A stretch of 64,000 nucleotides of DNA from an uncultured Candidatus Rokubacteria bacterium (GTDB lineage: Bacteria; Methylomirabilota; Methylomirabilia; Rokubacteriales; CSP1-6). Below the pieces are notes generated by a model, which did no database searches, was not told where the DNA came from, and worked only from the letters and a program-made list of their open reading frames with translations. Of this stretch, positions 1-9,083 are shown piece after piece. Each line of letters begins with the position of its first letter. The first letter of the stretch is position 1. The stretch is from assembly GCA_963747235.1 (NCBI GenBank), contig CAVVEU010000024.1, positions 94,349-158,348 on the forward strand, written 5' to 3'. The translations under genes were made by a program, and so were the position numbers.

Positions 1-836
1 CCTGGCGCCGCAGCTCCTGATCACGCTCGTCTTCTTCTTCTGGCCGGCCGCGCAGGCGGTCTACTATTCGTTCCTGCTGCAGGACGCCTTCGGCCTGCGG
101 CAGAACTTCGTCTGGTTCGATAACTACCGCGTCCTCCTCGCCGACCCGCTCTACCGGGGGGCGGCGGCGCGCACGCTCGTCTTCACGCTCGCGGTCACCG
201 TGCTGTCCATGGCGCCCGCGCTGCTGCTCGCGGTCATGGCCGACAAGCGCATCCGCGGGGCCGCCGCCTACAAGACCCTGCTCATCTGGCCCTACGCGGT
301 GGCGCCGGCGGTGGCGGCGGTGCTCTGGCTCTTCATCTTCCACCCGTCCATCGGGGTGCTCGGCCAGGCGGTGCGCCGGTGGGGCGTGCTCTGGGACTAC
401 AAGCTCAACGGCGTCCAGGCGATGTTCCTGGTGGTGCTCGCCGCGAGCTGGAAGCAGGTGAGCTACAACTTCCTCTTCTTCCTGGCCGGCCTGCAGTCCA
501 TCCAGAAGCCGGTGATCGAGGCCGCCGCCATCGACGGGGCCGGCCCCACCCGACGCTTCTGGAGCATCATCTTCCCGCTGCTGTCTCCGACCACGTTCTT
601 CCTCCTGGTCGTCAACATCGTGTACGTGTTCTTCGACACCTTCGGCGTCATCCACGCGCTGACCGCGCGGCGGGCCCGGCAAGGCCACCGAGACCCTCAT
701 CTACAAGGTCTACGTGGACGGGGTGGTCAACCTGGACCTGGGCGGCTCCTCGGCCCAGTCGGTCATCCTGATGATCTTCGTCATCGCGGTGACCGCGGTG
801 CAGTTCCGCTACGTGGAGCGGCGGGTCCACTACTGA
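1..836 (+). CDS. ugpA: Carbohydrate (sn-glycerol-3-phosphate) ABC permease UgpA-like; 5'-truncated by window edge; one +1 frameshift near 668
   Basis: Frame 2 reads [23 protein letters not shown]...[29 protein letters not shown] (EAA motif). After one extra base near 668 the other frame continues [18 protein letters not shown]...[11 protein letters not shown] (TGA 834-836). Confidence 0.85.
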
Positions 837-1687
837 TGGTCGAGCGCAAGTCGCGCGCCGCCTGGCTGCCCCACGCGATCCTCCTGGCCGGGGTGATGAT
901 CTTCGCCTTCCCGATCTACACCGCGCTGATCGGCTCCACCCACGACGCGGCGACCATCGGGCGCGGGGACCTGCCGCTCTACCCGGGCCCGCACGGGGTG
1001 GAGAACTACTCGCAGGCGTGGTCGCAGGGGAGCGGGGTGCGGGTGAAGGGCTCCCCGGTGGCGCGGATGATGGCCAACAGCTTCCTGATCGCGGTGGTCA
1101 TCGCGGTGGGCAAGATCGCGGTGTCGCTGATCTCGGCCTACGCGGTGGTGTTCTTCGCGTTCCCGCTCCGCATGTTCTTCTTCTGGATGATCTTCATCAC
1201 CTTGATGCTGCCGGTGGAGGTGCGGATCATCCCCACGTTCAAGGTGGTGTCCGATCTCCACCTCATCGACACCTTCGGCGGGCTCACCCTGCCCCTGATC
1301 GCCTCCGCCACCGCGACCCTGCTGTTCCGGCAGTTCTTCATGACCATCCCGGACGAGCTGGTGGAGGCGGCCAAGATCGACGGGGCCGGCCCCCTGCGCT
1401 TCTTCCGCCACATCCTGCTGCCGCTGTCGCGGACCAACATCGCGGCCCTGTTCGTGATCCTCTTCCTCTACGGCTGGAACCAGTACCTCTGGCCGCTCCT
1501 CATCACGACCAGCAGCAGCATGAACACCATCGTCATCGGCATCACCAAGATGATCGGCACCGGCGACGCGCAGACCGACTGGAACCTGATCATGGCCACC
1601 GCGATGCTCGCCATGCTGCCGCCGGTGACCGTCATCCTGCTCATGCAGCGGTGGTTCGTGAAGGGCCTGGTGGAGACCGAGAAGTGA
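836..1687 (+). CDS. ugpE: ABC permease UgpE-like
   Basis: ATG overlaps the upstream TGA. Reads [17 protein letters not shown]...[25 protein letters not shown]...[14 protein letters not shown], with the EAA motif and a UgpE-like C-terminus. Confidence 0.9.
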   Translation: MVERKSRAAWLPHAILLAGVMIFAFPIYTALIGSTHDAATIGRGDLPLYPGPHGVENYSQAWSQGSGVRVKGSPVARMMANSFLIAVVIAVGKIAVSLISAYAVVFFAFPLRMFFFWMIFITLMLPVEVRIIPTFKVVSDLHLIDTFGGLTLPLIASATATLLFRQFFMTIPDELVEAAKIDGAGPLRFFRHILLPLSRTNIAALFVILFLYGWNQYLWPLLITTSSSMNTIVIGITKMIGTGDAQTDWNLIMATAMLAMLPPVTVILLMQRWFVKGLVETEK

Positions 1688-2517
1688 AGGGGCCGCTCCT
1701 GCTGGCCCTGGGCCTGGTCGCGGTCACCGCGGTGGTGGGCTCCGTCACCGCGGCCGCGCAGGGCATGATCGCCCCGCTCTTCGCCGCGCACCGGGGCGGC
1801 GCGCTGCTCTGGGCGGAGAACAGCCTGCTCGCGTTTCGCAACGCGCTGGCCCTGGGCGCCGACTTCCTCGAGCTCGACGTGCACCTGACGCGCGACGGCG
1901 AGGTGGTGGTGATCCACGACGCCACGCTCGAGCGCACCACCACCGGCACCGGCCCGGTGCGCGCGCGCACGCTCGCGGAGCTGCGGGCGGTGCGGCTCAA
2001 GGACCGCGACGGGGCGGTGCTCGAGGAGAGCGTGCCGACGCTGGACCAGGTGGTGGCGCTCGCGGTGCTGGGCAGGCGGCAGATGCTGCTCGAGATCAAG
2101 ACCGACGAGCGGCGCCAGCGCTACCCGGGGATCGAGGAGAAGGTGTTCGCGGTGCTCGATCGCCACGGCTTCACCCCCTTCACGGTGGTGATGGCCTTCG
2201 AGAGCCGCGACGTGGCGCCGCGTGCGCCAGGTTCGCCCCGACGCCCGGGTGGCGGCGCTCTACTCGGCGCGCATGCTGCCTCCGCCCGCTACCCGTCGGG
2301 GCAGCTCGAGACGCTGCGCCAGGCCGGCGTGAGCTTCGTCGGGCTCGACCAGGCGCTCGTCACCGCCGAGGTGGCGAAGCAGGCGCGGCTGGCCGGCCTC
2401 ACCCTCGGGGTGTGGACGGTGAACGAGCGCGCGGCCATCGCGCGCTTCATCGACCAGGGCGTCGGCGTGGTCATCACCGATCGCCCGGATCTGGCCCAGG
2501 AGCTGCTCGGCCGGTGA
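1684..2517 (+). CDS. glpQ: Glycerophosphodiester phosphodiesterase (GDPD) with N-terminal signal-like segment; probable compensating indels at ~2205-2305
   Basis: Motifs [44 protein letters not shown]. An alternative frame [23 protein letters not shown] fits the fold better at 2210-2280. Confidence 0.85.
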   Translation: MKGPLLLALGLVAVTAVVGSVTAAAQGMIAPLFAAHRGGALLWAENSLLAFRNALALGADFLELDVHLTRDGEVVVIHDATLERTTTGTGPVRARTLAELRAVRLKDRDGAVLEESVPTLDQVVALAVLGRRQMLLEIKTDERRQRYPGIEEKVFAVLDRHGFTPFTVVMAFESRDVAPRAPGSPRRPGGGALLGAHAASARYPSGQLETLRQAGVSFVGLDQALVTAEVAKQARLAGLTLGVWTVNERAAIARFIDQGVGVVITDRPDLAQELLGR

Positions 2518-4056
2518 GCGCGCGGCGCTTCGTCCTGGCGCTGGACCAGGGGACGACCGGGTCCACCGCGCTCGTGATCGATCCGGACGGCGGCGTGCGG
2601 GCGCGCGGGTACGCGGAGCTGCCCCAGCATTACCCGCAGCCGGGCTGGGTGGAGCACGATCCGGGGCAGATCTGGGCCACCACCGTGCAGGCCCTCGGCC
2701 AGGCGATGGCCTCGGCCGGGATCACGCGGGCGGAGATCGCGGCGGTGGGCATCACCAACCAGCGGGAGACGACCATCCTCTGGGAGCGCGCGTCCGGGCG
2801 CCCGGTGGGCAACGCCATCGTGTGGCAGTGCCGGCGCACCGCCGCGCTCTGCGACCGGCTGAAGGCCGACGGGGCCGAGCCCGAGATCCGGCGGAAGACC
2901 GGGCTCGTGGTGGACGCGTACTTCTCGGGCACGAAGATTCGCTGGATGCTCGACCATGATCCGGCGCTGCGCCCGCGCGCGGAGCGCGGCGAGCTGTGCT
3001 TCGGGACGGTGGACTCGTGGCTGCTCTGGCAGCTCACCGGCGGCGCGGTGCACGCGACCGATCCGTCGAATGCCTCGCGCACGCTCTGCTTCGACATCCA
3101 TCGCCGCGCGTGGGACGAAGGGCTCTGCCGGATTCTCGGCGTGCCGATGGCGCTGCTGCCGGACGGTGAAGCCGTCAGCGGGCGTGTTCGGAGAAACCGC
3201 AGCTTGGCGAGGCGCAGCCGTAGGCGAGCCGAGCGGATACAGAGAGTCGTCGGGGCTGCCGGGCGGCATTCCGGTGGCGGGGATCGCGGGGGACCAGCAG
3301 GCCGCGCTGTTCGGCCAGGCCTGCGTCGAGCCCGGCATGGCCAAGAACACCTACGGCACCGGCTGCTTCGCGCTCCTGAACACGGGCGAGCGCGCCGTCG
3401 CCTCCACTGAGGGCCTGCTCACCACGGTGGCGTGGACGGTGGAGGGGAGCACCGCCTACGCGCTCGAGGGCGCGGTGTTCATCGCGGGCGCGGCCGTCCA
3501 GTGGCTGCGCGACGGCCTCGGCATCATCCGACAGGCCGCGGAGACGCAGGCGCTGGCCGAGTCCGTCCCGGACACGGGCGGCGTCTATCTCGTGCCCGCC
3601 TTCGTGGGGCTGGGCGCGCCCTACTGGGATCCCTATGCGCGGGGCACGCTGGTCGGCATCACGCGCGGCACCGGCCGCGCCCACCTGGCCCGCGCGGCGC
3701 TCGAGGCCATCGCCTACCAGAGCCGCGACGTGCTCGACACCATGAAGCGCGAGTCGGGCGTGCCGCTCACGTCGCTTCGAGTCGATGGCGGCGCATCGGC
3801 GAACGATTTTCTCTGCCAGTTCCAGGCCGACATGCTGGGAGTGGAGGTGCTGCGCCCGTCGGTGACGGAGACCACCGGGCTCGGCGCCGCCTACCTGGCC
3901 GGCGTGGGCGTGGGGCTCTGGAAGAGCCGGGAGCTGGCCACGCGCTGGAAGCTCGAACGGAAGTTCACCCCGACGATGTCCGACGGCGCGCGCGAGGCGG
4001 CCTACGGCGGCTGGCGCCGCGCGGTCGAGCGGTCGCTGCGGTGGGCGCAGCCGTAA
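2514..4056 (+). CDS. glpK: Glycerol kinase; +1 frameshift near 3161; carries an in-frame palindromic element at 3201-3240
   Basis: [49 protein letters not shown] in frame 3; [34 protein letters not shown] in frame 1. Confidence 0.92.
3201..3240 (+). repeat. Dispersed palindromic element, copy 1 (inside glpK)
   Basis: AGCTTGGCGAGGCGCAGCCGTAGGCGAGCCGAGCGGATAC. 37/39 identical to 63536-63574. Confidence 0.85.
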
Positions 4057-4106
4057 ATGTCTCGCCAACCCCCCGTCACCATCGAACCCGCGCAGAGGAG
4101 AGACCC

Positions 4107-5432
4107 ATGAGTAACGGACGCGCTCCCTACCTGTACATCGTCCTCGCCTTCGCCGGCCTGCTCGGAGCCGCCGCTCCGTCCTTCGCCCAGCCGCAGCCGG
4201 TGAAGATCACCCTCTGGCACGCCATGGGCGGGGCGCGGTACGACGCCATCACGAAAGACATCGCGGCGGGCTTCAACAAGGCCAACCCCAGCTACGCGGT
4301 GGAGCCGCTCTTCACCGGCAGCTACGCCGAGACAGTGACCAAGGCCATCGCGGCGATCCGGGCCGGCAATCCGCCCCACATCGTCCAGGTCTTCGAGGTC
4401 GGAACGCAGACCATGCTGGATTCCGGGGCGATCATCCCCGTGACCGAGATGGTGAAGCCGGGCGAGATCGATTTCGACGACTACATCGCGCCGATCCTGA
4501 ACTACTACAAGGTGGGCGGCAAGCTCTACTCGATGCCCTTCAACTCGTCCACCGCCATCATTTACTACAACAAGGAGGTCTTCCAGAAGGCGGGGCTCGA
4601 CCCGAGCAAGCCGCCCGCGACCTTCAAGGACGTGGAGGAGATGGGCCGGAAGATCGTGGCCTCCGGGGCCGCGCGGGCCGCCATCACCTTCGGCTGGCCC
4701 TCGTGGATGCTCGAGCAGTCCCACGCTCTCGCGAACCGGCTGTACGCCGATCACGACAACGGCCGGAACGGCCGGGCGACCCGAGTGCTGTTCAACGAAG
4801 GCTTCGGTGTCGAGGTGCTGACCCGCTGGAAGCGCTGGGTCGACGAGAAGCTGCTGGCCTACGGAGGCCGCGAGTACGCTCCCAACAGGGCCTTCCTCTC
4901 CGGCGAGGTCGCGATGCTGATGCAGTCCACCTCCCAGGTGACCACGATCGAGAAGGCGGCGAAGTTCCCGGTGGGCACGGGTTTCCTCCCGCGCATCGAG
5001 GGCCAACCGGCGGGCAAGTCCGTCATCGGCGGCGCCTCGTTCTGGGTGCTCAAGGGCAAGGGCCGGACGCCCCAGGAGATCGACGCGATCGTCAAGTTCT
5101 TCAAGTTTGTCGCCGAGCCGCAGGAGACCGCGAAGTGGCACGAGGAGACGGGATACTTTCCCGCGACCAGGACCGCCGTAGCCCTGCTGACCAGGCAGGG
5201 CTGGTTCATCCAGCATCCCAACCACGAGACCGCCTTCAAGCAAATCCAGGAGGGCCCGGACTCGCCCGCGACGCGGGGCGTGCTGCTCGGCAACTTCGTC
5301 CAGATTCGCAATATCACCGACACCGCGATCGAGAAGGCGCTGTCCGGCAAGCTCTCGCCGAAGGCGGCGCTGGACGAAGCCGCAGGGGAGGCCAACAAGT
5401 TACTGGACGAGTACAACCGGATCAACAAGTAG
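4107..5432 (+). CDS. ugpB: ABC substrate-binding protein, UgpB-like
   Basis: RBS GAGGAG. Signal peptide followed by TLWHAMGG, YAETV..AIAAIRAGNPPHIVQVFEVGTQTM, SMPFNSSTAIIYYNK and WHEETGYFP, which resemble E. coli UgpB. Confidence 0.85.
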   Translation: MSNGRAPYLYIVLAFAGLLGAAAPSFAQPQPVKITLWHAMGGARYDAITKDIAAGFNKANPSYAVEPLFTGSYAETVTKAIAAIRAGNPPHIVQVFEVGTQTMLDSGAIIPVTEMVKPGEIDFDDYIAPILNYYKVGGKLYSMPFNSSTAIIYYNKEVFQKAGLDPSKPPATFKDVEEMGRKIVASGAARAAITFGWPSWMLEQSHALANRLYADHDNGRNGRATRVLFNEGFGVEVLTRWKRWVDEKLLAYGGREYAPNRAFLSGEVAMLMQSTSQVTTIEKAAKFPVGTGFLPRIEGQPAGKSVIGGASFWVLKGKGRTPQEIDAIVKFFKFVAEPQETAKWHEETGYFPATRTAVALLTRQGWFIQHPNHETAFKQIQEGPDSPATRGVLLGNFVQIRNITDTAIEKALSGKLSPKAALDEAAGEANKLLDEYNRINK

Positions 5433-5451
5433 CGGCGCCGGCCCGGCCACG

Positions 5452-6333
5452 ATGGAGGGGAGGTTCCCCAATCGCGTCCTGCCGTACCTCCTCCTCCTCC
5501 CCTCCGTCGCGGTGGTGCTGGTCTTCCTGGTCGTTCCCTCGATCCAGGCGCTCCGCCTGAGCCTCTTCGAGGTGTCACCCTTCACCGGACGCGGGACCTT
5601 CGTCGGCCTCGGCAACTTCCGCGAGCTGCTGGGCTCCGACGTGTACCGGCACAGCCTGAGTGTGACCCTCGTGTTCGCGATGGCGGTGGTCACCGGGGGG
5701 ATGTCGGTGGCGCTGGGGCTGGCGGTGCTGGCGAGCCAGCCGCTCCGAGGCCTCGGGATGTACCGGGTGGCCATCCTGTGGCCCTATGCGCTCTCGCCCG
5801 CAGTGGCCGGCACGATCTGGGCGCTGCTGTTCGACCCCTCGACGGGACCGGTGACGGTGCTGATTCGCGAGCTGACCGGCGCAAGCCCGAACTGGATGAT
5901 GGACGGCGGGTACGCCCTGGCGGTCACGGTGGTGGCCGCCGCGTGGAAGATGCTGGGGTTCAACGTCGTGTTCTTCCTCGCCGGGCTCCAGGCGGTGCCG
6001 GCCGAGTTCCGGGAGGCCGCCCAGGTGGACGGGGCGGGCGCCCTCCGAGTGTTCTGGCGGATCACGTTCCCGATCCTTTCCCCGGTGACGTTCTTCCTCC
6101 TGGTGATGAACTCCCTCTACGCCTTCTTCGAGGTCTTCGGACTCATCGACGTGATGACCCAGGGCGGCCCCGGCGGAGCGACCGATCTGCTCATCTACCG
6201 TCTGTACCAGGACGCCTTCGTCTCCGCCCGCTGGGGCATTGGCTCGGCCCAGTCCATCCTGCTGTTCGTGATGGTGGGCGCGCTGACCGTGCTGCAGTTC
6301 CGCTTCGCGGGGCGCCGGGTCTTCTATGGTTAG
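5452..6333 (+). CDS. ugpA: Second carbohydrate ABC permease (UgpA family)
   Basis: Hydrophobic helices; LWPYALSPAVAG, FFLAGLQAVP, EAAQVDGAG, FEVFGLID..TQGGPGGATDLLIY. Confidence 0.75.
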   Translation: MEGRFPNRVLPYLLLLPSVAVVLVFLVVPSIQALRLSLFEVSPFTGRGTFVGLGNFRELLGSDVYRHSLSVTLVFAMAVVTGGMSVALGLAVLASQPLRGLGMYRVAILWPYALSPAVAGTIWALLFDPSTGPVTVLIRELTGASPNWMMDGGYALAVTVVAAAWKMLGFNVVFFLAGLQAVPAEFREAAQVDGAGALRVFWRITFPILSPVTFFLLVMNSLYAFFEVFGLIDVMTQGGPGGATDLLIYRLYQDAFVSARWGIGSAQSILLFVMVGALTVLQFRFAGRRVFYG

Positions 6334-7156
6334 ACGCCGCATCGCCTACGCGGTAACGGTGCACGCGCTCCTCGCCGTCGGGACGGCGGTCGCGGTGCTG
6401 CCCATCCTCTACGCGTTCCAGATCAGCACGCTCGGGTTCCAGGACGTCTTCGTCTTTCCGCCGCGGATTATGCCGGGCGACGCGTTCCTGGACAATCTGA
6501 CCCGCGCCTGGGAGAAGGTGGGGCTGGGTCGCTTGCTCACCAACTCGCTCGCGATCTCGCTGGCCGTCGCGCTCGGCAAGCTCGTGCTCTCGGTGATGGC
6601 CGCGTTCGCCTTCACATATTTCGGGCGATTCCCCGGCAAGGGGATCTTCTTCGTCCTCATCCTGATCACCCACATGCTCCCCCTCCCGGTGCGCATCGTG
6701 CCCAGCTATCAGCTCATGCAGAGCTTCGACTGGATCAACTCGTACCAGGCCCTCACGGTGCCCTTCTTCGCCAGCGCCACCGGCACGCTGCTCTTCCGCC
6801 AGTTCTTCCTCACCATGCCGCCCGGGCTCTCCGAGGCCGCGCGGATCGACGGGGCCGGGCCGCTGCGGTTCCTGTTCCGCATCCTGCTGCCCCTGTCCGC
6901 GAACAACCTGGCCGCCCTGTTCATGGTGGAGTTCCTCTACATGTGGAACGAATACCTGTGGCCGCTGATCATCACGAACTCGGACGACATGCGGGTCATC
7001 CAGGTGGGGATCAAGATGCTGGTGGCCACCGACGCGCAGGCCGAGTGGAACGTCATCATGGCCGGCGTCGTGGTCGCCATGGTCCCCCCACTGGTCGTCC
7101 TCGTCCTCCTGCAGCGGAGCTTCGTCCGCAGCATCGCGCTCGGCCAGGAAAAGTAG
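6326..7156 (+). CDS. ugpE: Second carbohydrate ABC permease (UgpE family)
   Basis: [42 protein letters not shown]. Confidence 0.75.
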   Translation: MVRRRIAYAVTVHALLAVGTAVAVLPILYAFQISTLGFQDVFVFPPRIMPGDAFLDNLTRAWEKVGLGRLLTNSLAISLAVALGKLVLSVMAAFAFTYFGRFPGKGIFFVLILITHMLPLPVRIVPSYQLMQSFDWINSYQALTVPFFASATGTLLFRQFFLTMPPGLSEAARIDGAGPLRFLFRILLPLSANNLAALFMVEFLYMWNEYLWPLIITNSDDMRVIQVGIKMLVATDAQAEWNVIMAGVVVAMVPPLVVLVLLQRSFVRSIALGQEK

Positions 7157-7236
7157 CATTCCTCCGCTCTAGCTTGTGCTTTACCGACAGGGTTCGTTCG
7201 CTGGTTTCCTCAGAGTAATTGAGGGGTTGCGAGTTC

Positions 7237-7265
7237 TTGTCAGGCCTGGGGGCCTGTGATAGTGT
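7237..7265 (+). promoter_or_regulatory. Sigma70-type promoter of the atp F0 operon
   Basis: -35 TTGTCA (7237-7242), 17-bp spacer, extended -10 TG-a-TAGTGT (7260-7265); ATG follows at 7276. Confidence 0.6.
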
Positions 7266-7277
7266 TCCTGTTCACAT
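7260..7277. promoter_or_regulatory. Candidate Rex operator overlapping the -10 box and start codon
   Basis: TAGTGTTCCTGTTCACAT matches 10 of 14 defined positions of TTGTGAAnnnnTTCACAA, with the GTG-N8-CAC core intact. rex lies in the same gene run. Confidence 0.45.
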
Positions 7278-7512
7278 GGCTCCGGAGGAGAGGGGGCCGT
7301 CGCGGAGTCAGACCGCACAGCTCGTCAATCTGGGCACGCTGCTGTTCGCGTGCGTGGCCGTCGGGCTCGCGGCGGGCTACTTCGCGGATCGCTGGATCGG
7401 GACGAGCCCGTGGCTCTTGCTGATCGGCCTCGCATTGGGCATCGTGGCGGCCGGCGTGAACTTTTACAGGACCATCAAGACACTGAACGAGTCGAACCGC
7501 GATGACCGCTGA
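7276..7512 (+). CDS. atpZ: ATP synthase accessory protein, AtpZ/'gene 1' family
   Basis: Two TM helices, GYFADRWIGTSPWLLLIGLALGIVAAGVNFYR; first gene of the atp cluster. Confidence 0.8.
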   Translation: MAPEERGPSRSQTAQLVNLGTLLFACVAVGLAAGYFADRWIGTSPWLLLIGLALGIVAAGVNFYRTIKTLNESNRDDR

Positions 7513-7870
7513 TCTCGCCGCCCGCGTCACCTGGACGGGAGCCGCCACCGTGGCCGCCATGACGGCGGGCGCCTGGTGGCTGGCGGGCGTGCCCGCGGCG
7601 GCCGGCGTGAGCGGCGGCGGCGGCATCGCCATCGTGAACTTCCGGTGGCTGGCCCGCGACGTGGGCCGCGCCACCGCGCTGATCGCGGAGGGCTCCACCG
7701 GGATCGGCCGCATCAGCCGGGTGGGGCTGCGCCAGCTCTTCACCTTCGGCGCGCTCGGGGTGCTGGTGGCGCAGGGCTGGGCGCATCCGGTGGCGGTGGT
7801 GGTCGGCCTCGCGGCCCTGCCGCCGGTGCTGCTGGCCCAGGGCCTGCTCGACGCGCGGAGAAACGCCTGA
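7502..7870 (+). CDS. atpI: ATP synthase protein I
   Basis: 122-aa four-helix membrane protein directly upstream of atpB; GGGIAIVNFRWL. Confidence 0.7.
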   Translation: MTADLAARVTWTGAATVAAMTAGAWWLAGVPAAAGVSGGGGIAIVNFRWLARDVGRATALIAEGSTGIGRISRVGLRQLFTFGALGVLVAQGWAHPVAVVVGLAALPPVLLAQGLLDARRNA

Positions 7871-7871
7871 C

Positions 7872-8627
7872 ATGGAGCTGATCGAGCACCCCCCGATCCT
7901 GCACATCGCGGCCATCCCGGACCACATCCTCTATACGTGGATCGCGATGGCCATCCTGGTCGTGGTGTCCTTCGTGGCCTCGCGGCGGGTGCAGCTCGTG
8001 CCGACCGGCAGCCAGAACTTCATGGAGATCGTCCTCGAGCAGTTCGTGAAGGAGCTGGACGAGACGATCGGGCACGACGGGCGGCGCTACCTGCCGCTGA
8101 TCGCCACCCTCGGGCTCTTCATCCTGGTCTCGAACCTCATGGGGCTCGTGCCGGGGCTGGTCGCCCCCACCGCGAACCTCAACACCACCGCGGCGTGCGC
8201 CCTGATCGTGTTCGTGACCTATCACGTGATCGGCGTCCGCAAGCAGGGGTTCATCCCGTACCTGAAGCACTTCGCGGGGCCGGTGCCCGCCGTGCTGAAG
8301 CCCCTGATGTTCGTGATCGAGATCATCAGCCATTGCGCCCGGCCGCTGTCGCTCTCGCTCCGCCTCTTCGGCAACATGATGGCCGGCCACATCCTCCTCG
8401 CCATCTTCTTCTTCATGATGGGCTTCGACGGGATGCTGGGCTGGGCCCTCCGCGGCTCGGTGGCGGGACTGGTGATCGGAGCGCCCGCCGCGCTGATCAT
8501 GGTCGTGTTCGTCGTGGGCTTCCTGTTTCCCCTGAAGATCCTGGTCGCCTTCATCCAGACCTTCATCTTCTGCAAGCTGGCCATGCTGTACATCGCGGCG
8601 GCGGTCGAGGAAGCCGAGCATCACTAG
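7872..8627 (+). CDS. atpB: F0 subunit a
   Basis: FILVSNLMGLVP, PTANLNTT, EIISHCARPLSLSLRLFGNMMAGH, AFIQTFIF. Confidence 0.95.
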   Translation: MELIEHPPILHIAAIPDHILYTWIAMAILVVVSFVASRRVQLVPTGSQNFMEIVLEQFVKELDETIGHDGRRYLPLIATLGLFILVSNLMGLVPGLVAPTANLNTTAACALIVFVTYHVIGVRKQGFIPYLKHFAGPVPAVLKPLMFVIEIISHCARPLSLSLRLFGNMMAGHILLAIFFFMMGFDGMLGWALRGSVAGLVIGAPAALIMVVFVVGFLFPLKILVAFIQTFIFCKLAMLYIAAAVEEAEHH

Positions 8628-8658
8628 GTCGCAGTCACCCTCAACAAGGAGGAGCGCC

Positions 8659-8976
8659 GTGCAACGCATTATCACCATGAGCATGATGGCGATTCTGGCA
8701 GTCCCGGGGATGGCCTGGGCCGCCGATGCCGCGGGTGGGGCCGACATGGCCAAGGCCTTCGCGGTACTGGCCGCGGGCCTGGGCTTCGGCCTGGCCGCGG
8801 GTCTCTGCGGTCTCGGTCAGGGCCGTGCGGCCGGGCAGGCGGTGGACGCGATGGCGCGGCAGCCCGGCGCGATCGCCCGGATCCAGACCGCGATGCTGCT
8901 CGGTCTGGCCTTCATCGAGTCGCTCGTGCTGTTCGTGTTCGTCATCGCGGTCATCCTGCTGTTCGTCAAGTCGTAA
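8659..8976 (+). CDS. atpE: F0 subunit c with ~25-aa N-terminal extension
   Basis: RBS AAGGAGG; GLGQGRAAGQAVDAMARQP loop; GLAFIESL carboxylate helix. Confidence 0.95.
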   Translation: MQRIITMSMMAILAVPGMAWAADAAGGADMAKAFAVLAAGLGFGLAAGLCGLGQGRAAGQAVDAMARQPGAIARIQTAMLLGLAFIESLVLFVFVIAVILLFVKS

Positions 8977-8998
8977 GGTAGCGGCGCACTCGAAGATA

Positions 8999-9025
8999 CC
9001 GTCCCGGGGCCACGCCCCGGGACGG
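8999..9025 (+). terminator. Perfect 11-bp hairpin after atpE (no U-tract; terminator or mRNA stabiliser)
   Basis: CCGTCCCGGGG-ccacg-CCCCGGGACGG. Confidence 0.45.
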
Positions 9026-9083
9026 CACGCGGGCATTCCCGCGAGGCGGCCCCGACGGGCGCGGTGAGCGCCCGGGAACAAAC

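Noticed and set aside
200-1687. Apparent 495-aa UgpA-UgpE fusion ORF
   Set aside because: It is produced by the +1 frameshift near 668. The natural ugpA stop (TGA 834-836) overlaps the ugpE ATG.
8820-8945. Na+-coupled ATP synthase inferred from Q (GLGQG) and ES in subunit c
   Set aside because: The additional Thr and Tyr ligands of the Propionigenium/Ilyobacter Na+ site are replaced (ESLVLF), so ion specificity cannot be called.
9041-9070. Possible degenerate sixth copy of the palindromic element (GCGAGGCG...CCGACGG...GAGCG)
   Set aside because: It lacks the outer stem and the GRATA tail and is better explained by the local hairpins; such a match is plausible by chance at this GC content.
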